A DNA stretch of 27,638 bases from Macrostomum lignano (taxonomy: Eukaryota). The position numbers were made by a program, and so were the translations under genes. Below are positions 1 through 16,911 of the stretch, piece by piece; within the stretch, counting starts at the first letter, position 1, and the number at the start of each line of letters is the position of its first letter. Location of the stretch: NCBI GenBank assembly GCA_002269645.1, contig NIVC01005053.1:1-27638 (forward strand). Reading direction: 5' to 3'. The notes beneath the pieces are model-generated. The model searched no databases. It saw nothing but the letters and a program-made list of their open reading frames with translations, and was not told the origin of the DNA.

Positions 1-170
1 AAAGTGAGCAATTCCCCCCATTTTGAGAATAAAGTGAGCAATTCCCCCATTTTGAGAATAAAGTGAGCAATTCCCCCATTTTAATAAAGTGAGAAATTCC
101 CCCTTTTTGAGAAAAGGTAAGAAATTCCCCCATTTTGAGAATAAAGTGAGAAATTCCCCCATTTTGAGAA
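1..170. repeat. ~29-30 bp tandem minisatellite (AAAGTGAGCAATTCCCCCATTTTGAGAAT), ~6 copies, running off the window start
   Basis: Directly visible repeated units with variable C-run length. Confidence 0.9.
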
Positions 171-221
171 CCCACCTGAGCATTCCTGCTCACATCAATT
201 GATCACCTGCCTCAACCAAAG

Positions 222-7919
<7,698 letters not shown>

Positions 7920-8264
7920 AACCGTTAGGATCAGGCGATATGTGTCGAAAATTATTTAACTGTTTAATTGAAAAAAACTTGATTTCCATGAGACAAGCTG
8001 GCTTTCAATAATGACTTCCGTAGCATCTCATTGTTCTGTGCTCTTTTTTCTTTTTATTCATATATGGTGCTGCGCGTTCTCTCTGTCTGCTTGTCCGTTA
8101 ATTTTTTAACGAATCTTATTTGTAACCCCGTTTATGGAACAAAATAATTTTTTCATTTCGTATTTTAATGCTACATTTTTTGTATTTTATATATCAATAT
8201 ATCCCATATAGTATACTACCAGTAGATTGATGTCATGCCTTTGTAGAAAAACTATAAATACAAC

Positions 8265-8512
8265 AGCCGATATGTATCGAAATTATATAAATTGAGTAGC
8301 CGATATGTATCGAAATTATATAAATTGAGTAGCCGATATGTATCGAAGCTATATAAATTGAGTAGCCGATATGTATCGAAATTATATAAATTGAGTAGCC
8401 GATATGTAGCGAAACTATATAAATTGAGTAGCCGATAGGCATCGAAAATATAAATTTAATAGCCGATATGTATCGAAACTATGTAAATTCCGTAGCCGAT
8501 ATGTATCGAAAT
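8265..8512. repeat. 33-bp tandem repeat (AGCCGATATGTATCGAAATTATATAAATTGAGT), ~7.5 copies, intergenic
   Basis: Unit starts at 8265 and 8298 give a period of 33. Confidence 0.92.
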
Positions 8513-9306
8513 ATTAACTTTGATTATCAATACGTACCGAGACATTTATGGCTGGAAGTTTTACGACAAGGCATTGTTTTGTCAGTCCATTATTAGTCTA
8601 TCTAATAATGTCTTCCATGTCCTCAGCAGTGTTTCCTAGATTTTTATATTTAAAAGTTCCCTGTAGCCCTTTTTGTAAAAGTTGTTTGAATTCTTGTGGA
8701 TCAATAGTTTTTTCGTGTCAGCCTGTGCTTACTTGGTTGCGCATTTTGTTTCAATAAAACAGTAAACAATGAGTTAATGCTTCACTCTGATTGCTGTTTT
8801 GAGTAGAGCCGTTGTCCAATTTCTTCTAAAAGCAGTGTTTAGTCAAACCGGTTTTATTGTTTATTTATTCATACATCAGCGCTTCCAGACTAGAGCTGGG
8901 CAGTCCTTATCTGATTCTAGTGTTAATTCCAATTGTATTTTTAATCTGCTGTCGAGTTTAGTTGCGCTATGAACTATGTACTTGTGCTATTTCATTCCAG
9001 TTCTCTATGCCGACCGAATTCCGCGTGCCTTAAATAAAATAAAAGATTAGCGGCTTTTTTCCTTTCTTTCATCCATTTTCAATGACCTTACTTTGACCTA
9101 ACTTTTTAGATAGACATTCACACTACTTGCTACTCAAATATTTGTACAGTAGTATAAATAGGTTAATAATCATACTACTCTTTCTCTTTCTAGTATAGTA
9201 GTGTAAATAGACTATGTGAATAATTCTTTTGAGTGTGAAAAACATCGAATTTGATTTCTGTCCTTGCAGGCACTTTCCCAATTGCCACCAAACTAATCGC
9301 TAGACT

Positions 9307-9892
9307 ATGTTCTCAAGCACTCTGGAGGTGAGCTCCACCTTCACTAAGAATTTGTGCGCCATATGCGGCGACCGCGCCTCCGGCAAGCACTACTCGGTGT
9401 ACTCCTGCGAGGGCTGCAAAGGCTTCTTCAAGCGGACGGTGCGCAAGGATTTGAAGTACACCTGCCGGGACGAGCGCCGCTGCTGCATAGACAAGCGGCA
9501 GCGGAACCGCTGCCAATACTGCCGCTACATGAAGTGCCTGGCCATGGGCATGAAGCGCGAGGCCGTTCAGGAGGAGCGTCAGCGCGCCAAGGAGCGCGAA
9601 GAGGCTGCCGCCGCTGCAGCCGCCGCTGTGCCGGGGGGCGCCGCCGCCTCCACGGGTTTCAGCGCCACCGTCGGGTCTCCCGCCAGCAGCGGCGGCGGCG
9701 CCGGCGGTCTGAGTTTCGGCGATCCGAACACGCCGGCGTCGGTCGGAGGCGCCTCTGGTGTCGGCGCCCCGGCTGCCGGCGCCGGCGCCGCCAATGGCGA
9801 GCACGGCATCGACGTGCAGAAAATTCTCAATGCCGAGCTGGCGCTGGAGCCGCCCATGTCTTCCTATGTGGACGCCACGGACAACCCGGTGA

Positions 9893-9932
<40 letters not shown>

Positions 9933-11099
9933 GCCTGCCTGTCTGTCTTTCTACTAACCGGCCGTCTCCCCACCTGTCCAGGTGAGCCGCATCTGCCAGG
10001 CGGCCGACAAGCAGCTGATGGCGCTGGTGAACTGGGCCAAGCAGCTGCCGCATTTCTGCGAGCTGCCCCTAGAAGACCAGGTGGTGCTGATCAAGAGCAG
10101 TTGGAACGAACTGCTGATTGCGTCGTTTTCTTATCGCAGCACGGTGGTGAGCAACGGCATCCTGCTGGCCACAGGTTTCCACGTGCATCGCGAGGTGGCC
10201 AAAGAGCACGGAGTCGGCGCCATCTTTGACAGGATCCTGGTGGAGCTGGTGCAAAAAATGCGCGAGATGCGGATGGACCGGACCGAGCTGGGCTGCCTCA
10301 AAGCCATCGTGCTGTTCAACTCCGACGCTAGGTCGCTCACGGCCAGGCCGCTGGTGGAACAGGTGGGTTCGCACTTTTATTATTTAACTAGAAAATGTAC
10401 TTTGTTTTTTACTCGGTGTTGTGATATTCGTTTTAATCGCACCCTGTCTTTCTATCGCAGCTCAGAGATGCTACCCTATCACAGCACGGCTAACTGTGGA
10501 GCTCAAGTTTAGTTGCCTATCGCTTTCGGTGGCTGCATTAAGATGGGTGGCTCGAGCAGGGTACTAAGTACCCCCCCTAGTGTACCCTAAATTATCAGTC
10601 TTATTAAAAGAGCATCGTTTGATGTATAGTAGCACCTCATATATAGCCCCCCCTCGGGTTAAATGAGAGCTGAGCTTTCTGATTGCATTTAGTATATAGG
10701 ACTAGCTCCACTGCCCCCCCCTCGGGCTAAATGAGAGCTGAGCTTTCTGATTGCATTTAGTATATAGGACTAGCTCCACTGCCCCTCGGGTTGAGTCTGA
10801 CCTCCTTAGGAATAATAAGGAAGAATAAGTTGATTTACGATTATCCCAACTCATTATCAATTCTTTGCTTTGGTCGACCTCATCCGCTTGGTCAGGTGCG
10901 CGACAAGCTCTACTTGGCTCTGGAGGAGTACTGCCGGAACGCCTACCCGGACGAATCCGGCCGCTTCTCCAGGCTACTGCTACGGCTGCCGGCTCTGCGC
11001 AGCATCGGCCTAAAGACCCTGGAGCACTTGTTCTTCTTCCAGCTGGTGGGCCAGACTCCCGAGGACTCCTTCCTGGCCGAGATGCTCGCCGAGCCTTGA
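9307..11099 (+). CDS. RXR: Retinoid X receptor / USP (NR2B) nuclear receptor, 388 aa
   Basis: Coding exons 9307-9888, 9982-10362 and 10896-11099, all phase 0, with GT/AG boundaries and a CTACTAAC branch point in intron 1. C4 zinc-finger [40 protein letters not shown]-box [83 protein letters not shown] and AF-2 FLAEML. Confidence 0.97.
9893..9948. repeat. (TCTG)n microsatellite in RXR intron 1
   Basis: Directly visible just after the GTGAG donor. Confidence 0.9.
10646..10792. repeat. ~68-bp direct tandem duplication (2 copies plus a partial third) in RXR intron 2
   Basis: GCCCCCCCTCGGG(T/C)TAAATGAGAGCTGAGCTTTCTGATTGCATTTAGTATATAGGACTAGCTCCACT occurs at 10646 and 10713; GCCCCTCGGGTT follows at 10781. 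Confidence 0.9.
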
Positions 11100-11111
11100 G
11101 CTTCCCGACTG

Positions 11112-11112
11112 C

Positions 11113-11159
<47 letters not shown>

Positions 11160-11205
11160 GTGTCTGTCTGTCTGTCTGTCTGTGTGTGTGTCTGCCGGTC
11201 TGTCT
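11112..11205. repeat. (TCTG)n/(TG)n microsatellite directly after the RXR stop (putative 3' UTR)
   Basis: Directly visible. Confidence 0.9.
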
Positions 11206-11890
11206 ACCTCCCTACCTCCCTGCTCGCATGACAATGTCCCTTTCAGCCTGTACATAACAGTCCGTGTCAGCACCGCATGAAATATCTTCATCTTCTATTA
11301 ACTGAGCAACTCAGTTCCCATACTTTTTTCTACCGGTTGCATTGAATGAAAATCTTGAATTGCTGTGTAGCCAGTTCAGCAAACTGCTTGAGCATCCCTG
11401 TCTCCACTCGGATTGAATTCTTAGTATTACTGATAAATATAAATGTATGAGCTATGCTTGTTCCCCGTGTTTATTGCCTACCGAATCACCATGGCAACCG
11501 GCTGCATGGACTGATTTTTATTGACCTTGTCTAGCAGTTCATTGTAACTTTTTGCTTCAAGATTCGGTGTTAACATCTATTCTATTTCATTTGCTTCAGT
11601 GGTCAGGATCAGGCGTTGTAGACCTAATGCGAAATGTGAGCAGATGCTGGTTGTTCATCTATCATACTTTAATATTTTAAATATTGTCTTCATTTTTTAC
11701 ATTTCTTCTCTCTAAGCAGTTCTGCTGCGCGAATTAATTTTTAATAATTTACCTGTACATAGAGGTTAAAGACAGTTGGAAATTTCATTAGCTTTCTACT
11801 GATCAACAACTTATTATTTATTTCTATTGTCAACTATTTTTTAATTTGTTTACGCGACTGTAAATATAAATTAATAGTTTCCAATTTCAA

Positions 11891-12052
11891 TTGCTTTTGC
11901 TTGCTGAGTTCAGCTGGCTTTCTTTAGTTTCTGCTGCTGAAGCCTCATTGGCTGGCAATCTGGGCCTTGGGTTCTTATATGCCGGCGCTGCAGCAGTGTT
12001 CAATAAGGTACTCTGTCGGACTGATGCTTGCTGCAAAATTCACTGCATGCTG
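11891..12052 (+). other. Possible exon: hydrophobic leader-like segment plus Cys-rich (PAN/apple-like?) start
   Basis: Reads LLLAEFSWLSLVSAAEASLAG...KVLCRTDACCKIHCML and ends at a strong GTAAGT donor (12053, phase 0). Homology is only suggestive. Confidence 0.25.
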
Positions 12053-12117
12053 GTAAGTGTCTGCTGTTCAGGTTGCTGTTTTGATTTCTGTAGGAATTGG
12101 AGTAAGCGAGAGTTATA

Positions 12118-13495
12118 GTGGTGGGACAGTAAGAGGTAGAGTGGGACAGTGAGAGGTAGTGTGGAACTGTGAGATGTAGAGTGAGTCAGTGAGAGTTGGA
12201 GTGGGACAGTGAGAGGTGGAGTGTGTCTGTGAGAGTTGGAGTGGGACAGTGAGAGGTGGAGTGTGTCTGTGAGAGTTGGAGTGGGACTGTGAGAGGTGGA
12301 GTGAGTCTGTGAGAGTTGGAGTGGGACAGTGAGAGGTGGAGTGTGTCTGTGAGAGGTGGAGTGAGTCTGAGAGGTGGAGTGAATCCGTGAGAGTTGGAGT
12401 GGGACTGTGAGAGTTGGAGTGAGTCCGTGAGAGTTGGAGTGGGACTGTGAGAGGTGGAGTGAGTCCGTGAGAGTTGGATTGGGACTGTGAGAGGTGGAGT
12501 GAGTCGGTGAGAGTTGGAGTGGGACTGTGAGAGGTGGAGTGAGTCCGTGAGAGTTGGAGTGGGACAGTGAGAGGTGGAGTGTGTCTGTGAGAGGTGGAGT
12601 GAGTCGGTGAGAGTTGGAGTGGGACTGTGAGAGGTGGAGTGAGTCCGTGAGAGTTGGAGTGGGACAGTGAGAGGTAGAGTGTGTCTGTGAGAGATGGAGT
12701 GAGTCGGTGAGAGGTGGAGTGAGTCCGTGAGAGTTGGAGTGGGACTTTGAGAGTTGGAGTGAGTCCGTGAGAGTTGGAGTGGGACTGAGAGGTGGAGTGT
12801 GTCTGTGAGAGGTGGAGTGAGAGGTGGAGTGAAATGAGAGGTTTAGGGAAACAGTGAGGTGGAGTGTGTCTGTGAGAGGTGGAGTGAGTCCGTGAGAGTT
12901 TGAGTGGGACAGTGAGAGGTGGAGTGTGTCTGTGAGAGGTGGAGTGAGTCCGTGAGAGTTGGAGTGGGACTGTGAGAGGTGGAGTGTGTCTGTGAGAGGT
13001 GGAGTGGGACTGTGAGAGGTGGAGTGAGTCCGTGAGAGTTGGAGTGGGACAGTGAGAGGTAGAGTGTGTCTGTGAGAGATGGAGTGAGTCGGTGAGAGGT
13101 GGAGTGAGTCCGTGAGAGTTGGAGTGGGACAGTGAGAGGTAGAGTGTGTCTGTGAGAGGTGGAGTGAGTCGGTGAGAGGTGGAGTGAGTCCGTGAGAGTT
13201 GGAGTAGGACTGTGAGAGTTGGAGTGGGACAGTGAGAGGTGGAGTGTGTCTGTGAGAGGTGGAGTGAGTCCGTGAGAGTTGGAGTGGGACTGTGAGAGGT
13301 GGAGTGGGACAGTGAGAGGTGGAGTGAGTCGGTGAGAGGTGGAGTGAGTCCGTGAGAGTTGGAGTGGGACTGTGAGAGGTGGAGTGGGACAGTGAGAGGT
13401 GGAGTGAGTCAGTGAGAGGTGGAGTGAGTCCGTGAGAGTTGGAGTGGGACTGTGAGAGGTGGAGTGAAATGAGAGGTTTAGGGAAACAGCGAGGT
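12118..13495. repeat. ~20-bp composite G-rich minisatellite (GTGAGAGGTGGAGTG[GGACT/AGTCC/TGTCT])
   Basis: Visible units. Source of the antisense SHSTSH ORF 12843..13766. Confidence 0.95.
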
Positions 13496-13541
13496 GGAGT
13501 TTGTCTGTAAGAAGTGGAGTGATTCTGTGAGTCACTTCCAG

Positions 13542-13698
13542 CTGCTGATGGACGGAGTTCAATGCGCCAGCTACTCCACAGAGACTCCCGAGTCCGTCTT
13601 CAATGTGAGCTGCGGCCTCAGCGGCAGAGTGCTGCGGGTTCAGACCCGGACTGGATCGGTCCTGACCATCTGCGAGACTCGCTTTTTCCAGCTGACGG
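13542..13698 (+). pseudogene. Exon fragment resembling the C-terminal half of an F-type lectin / F5-8C (galactose-binding-like) domain
   Basis: After a TTCCAG acceptor (13536-13541) it reads LLMDGVQCASYSTETPESVFNVSCGLSGRVLRVQTRTGSVLTICETRFFQL, resembling the C..C..GRYVRI..LTLCEVEV pattern from memory. Its donor is displaced by a MITE. Confidence 0.4.
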
Positions 13699-13699
13699 G

Positions 13700-14663
13700 C
13701 AGGGGCGTCGCCATGGATTTTATGGTGGATGGGACAAAGCCAACAATTGTACATGTACATGTACATGTCTAAATTCCTACATGTACATTATTCTCAGAAT
13801 CGGTGTTGTCAGCACTCATTTTAGCGCCGCAGGCACTCATTTTGGCGCCGCAGGCACTCATTTTAGCGCCGCAGGCACTCATTTTGGCGCCGCAGGCACT
13901 CATTTTAGCGCCGCAGGCACTCATTTTGGCGCCGCAGGCACTCATTTAAGCTCCGCAGGCACTCATTTTAGCGCCGCAGGCACTCATTTTAGCACCGCAG
14001 GCACTCATTTTGGCGCCGCAGGCACTCATTTTAGCGCCGCAGGCACTCATTTTAGCGCTGCAGGCACTCATTTTAGCGCTGCAGGCACTCATTTTAGCGC
14101 CGCAGGCACTCATTTTAGCGCTGCAGGCACTCATTTTAGCGCTGCAGGCACTCATTTTAGCGCCGCAGGCACTCATTTTAGCGCCACAGGAACTCATTTT
14201 AGCGCCGCAGGCACTCATTTTAGCGCCGCAGGCACTCATTTTAGCGCCGCAGGCACTCATTTTAGCGCCGCAGGCACTCATTTTAGCGCCGCAGGCACTC
14301 ATTTTAGCGCCGCAGGCACTCATTTTAGCGCCGCAGGCACTCATTTTAGCGCCGCAGGCACTCATTTTAGCGCTGCAAGCACTCATTTTAGCGCTGCAGG
14401 CACTCATTTTAGCGCTGCAGGCACTCATTTTAGCGCCGCAGGCACTCATTTTAGCGCTGCAGGCACTCATTTTAGCGCCGCAGGCACTCATTTTTAGCGC
14501 CGCAGGCACTCATTTTAGCGCCGCAGGCCCTGCAGCAAAATTATTGATTTCCATATCGGGCCACAATGTGGGGTGGGGGACAAAGCATTGGCATGCCCCC
14601 CCCCCAGATCTTTTACTGGGGGGGGACATGTCCCCCCTGTCCCCCCCGTTGGCGACGCCCCTG
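13700..14663. mobile_element. Non-autonomous hAT-type DNA transposon (MITE), 964 bp
   Basis: Perfect 14-bp TIRs CAGGGGCGTCGCCA (13700-13713) / TGGCGACGCCCCTG (14650-14663). 8-bp TSD CTGACGGG (13692-13699) / CTGATGGG (14664-14671), a 7/8 match. CAG termini with an 8-bp TSD are typical of hAT. No transposase inside. Confidence 0.85.
13812..14527. repeat. 21-bp tandem array (GCACTCATTTTAGCGCCGCAG), ~34 copies, internal to the hAT MITE
   Basis: Directly visible. Confidence 0.97.
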
Positions 14664-14670
14664 CTGATGG

Positions 14671-14769
14671 GTGAGCTGCGGTCTCAGCGGCAGGGTGCTG
14701 CGGGTTCAGACCCGGACTGGATCGGTCCTACCATCTGCGAGATTCGATTCTTCCAGCTGATGGGTGAGC
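14671..14769 (+). pseudogene. Second, frameshifted copy of the 3' ~93 bp of the lectin-like exon (copy of ~13606-13698)
   Basis: GTGAGCTGCGG(C/T)CTCAGCGGCAG(A/G)GTGCTGCGGGTTCAGACCCGGACTGGATCGGTCCT(G/-)ACCATCTGCGAGA is shared. This copy ends CTGATGG|GTGAGC. Confidence 0.8.
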
Positions 14770-15204
14770 TACATGTACATATGTAAATACTTACATGTAA
14801 TCTCTGTTTGCTTGGAGTACATTGCTGAGCTCTTACTTAAGTCATGGTGAGTTCAGTAATGATTTCTATTTAAAAGCGACACGTAATACACGGCGCACCT
14901 CTAAATTCTGAATCACTGACTGACTCACTCGTGCTTGTTCTTTTTTAATCAGCTGTCTAATGCGCAGGTACATGCAGAGTGTCTTAACTGCAATTTTTCC
15001 ATGCGGATAAAAGAGTCCAAATGTTTGCAGATTTACTTCGTTACCACTGCAGAACAAGGATCAAGAAAAATTGTTAAAATTGCGTTGGAAATGTTTTTCT
15101 GGCAATTATTTTTGCACGCTGCTCGTGTTATCTTGTCACTACCATTACTTTTTACTTGTAGCCTTTAAAAACCAAATCAAAATTCTAAGTGGAACTTTAG
15201 CACC

Positions 15205-15510
15205 TGGCGCCCCTGGTGCTGGCGCCCCTGGTGCTGGCACCCCTGGTGCTGGCACCCCTGGTGCTGGCACCCCTGGTGCTGGCACCCCTGGTGCTGGCAC
15301 CCCTGGTGCTGGCACCCCTGGTGCTGGCACCCCTGGTGCTGGCGCCCCTGGTGCTGGCTCCCCTGGTGCTGGCTCCCCTGGTGCTGGCTCCCCTGGTGCT
15401 GGCTCCCCTGGTGCTGGCTTCCCTGGTGCTAAAGCCCCTGGTGCTAAAACCCCTGGTGCTGGCTCCCCTGGTGCTAAAGCCCCTGGTGCTAAAACCCCTG
15501 GTGCTGGCGC
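15205..15510. repeat. 15-bp minisatellite (CCCCTGGTGCTGGCA/T/G), ~20 copies
   Basis: Directly visible. Source of the PGAGT / APLVL ORFs. Confidence 0.95.
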
Positions 15511-16911
15511 TGGTTGTTATTTTTTATTTTAATTGCGGGGGTCGCAATACTAATGGGCGCCACTACCTGTCTCATGGGGGGGGGGCGGGGCGCCTCTACC
15601 CTGCTATCTTAGACCGGTAAAGGCCACCTTCAAGACTTGGCAAAAGTTGTTGAGCTCTTGTCATTCGTCAAGCTTCGTTGCCTCTCTCATTTGAGGGGGT
15701 GGCAGGCCCCCTGCCCTTCCTCCCCTTTCCCTTTTGCGTTAGCTACTGGCCCCACCATGCTTCAATATGTACGACAGCTCAGAAATACATGGATATGGAT
15801 GGTCTTTAAGTCAAGGGGCCTTTTGAGTAGAAGTGTCTGGTCTTTTTATGTTGCTTCAGCTTTTTTTGTGAAGCTCGCTCTTGAGAAAAAGTTTTTATAA
15901 AAGCTCCTGCAATTCATTTTTGAGTGTTTTATGAGTGTTTATCTATTTGCACAGCTCTCCTGAGCCTGCAAGTTTGAAACTTGGATCACGGTTGATTTTT
16001 TTAAATAGCCATTAATTTGTATTTTAGACTACTGTGACTAGTAGAGGCTATTGCGAGTTTTTATTATTTTTGTGTAGAAAATGCAGCGCAACGATTGACG
16101 CTGAGTATCGATTGGGAGGCTGGTGTGCAGCGCTGGAGAGCATGAGAGCTGAGAGAAGAGCTGGAGAGAAGCCGCATCTCATCACAAGTCGGTGCTTCGA
16201 AGCTCCCCTCCTGGCAGTGTCTGCTTCAGACTCCCGAAGCCACTCCTGAGAGCAGCATTTTCTACTGTAGAAGTTCATGGCTGGTACATTCACAAAACTC
16301 TCATTGCTAGCGGAATTTGCTACTGAACGAAAACTGCTTAAAGTCACAGAAAATGCTCGCTAAAAGCAAATAAACAAAGCAGAAGACAAGCTCATTTTTC
16401 CTGATGGTACCAACACTTACTTGGGTTGTTAAACTTCATTGTCCAATTTTACTATTGTTGTTTCGGTGTTAAAACAGACGCTATGATGTCAGGCTTTCAC
16501 AATATATAGTAAATAATTTTTAGTATATAGGATGTTTTGTGGCTTTAATTTGGAAATTTGCCATCAAGGCCTCCAAGTAAAGCTGACATTGCAGACATTT
16601 GACGGCTTCAATGGATAGTGGCGTGACGAACCTTTAAGATATCAAAATATCACTGTGCAGGGTTAAAAATTTACCTTATAGAATAGACTTATGAAGCCTA
16701 GGGCAGTAAGTGACTCAAGGCTGGAATAAATATATATAAGCGTGTATAGAAGCGGAATGAGGCAACCAAGACAACCGAATCCACACTGGAAGGCAGCGCA
16801 TGACAAAACTACAGCAGCCATCATTCATTCCAGATATCAAAGGTTAGCAGGTGGTAAACAAGCGGAGGCAGCCAGCCGTAAAAAATTAAATGAGCCCTCG
16901 CACATGGAGGC

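Noticed and set aside
9313-10374. Overlapping and antisense ORFs over RXR
   Set aside because: Shadow ORFs of GC-rich coding sequence with no recognisable motifs.
10559-10573. Palindrome GGGTACT-A-AGTACCC
   Set aside because: Only 7-bp arms, expected by chance; no associated element ends found.
13562-14786. AAGTHFS / KMSACGA / APQALIL ORFs (antifreeze- or mucin-like)
   Set aside because: Translations of the 21-bp array inside a TIR/TSD-bounded MITE.
15071-15760. Collagen/elastin-like PGAG ORF, or a second MITE around the 15-bp array
   Set aside because: The ORF is just the repeat, without supported splice context. The flanks look MITE-like, but I could not find matching TIRs or a TSD.
16034-16347. 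Short ORFs on both strands
   Set aside because: No recognisable domain or supported splice partner.
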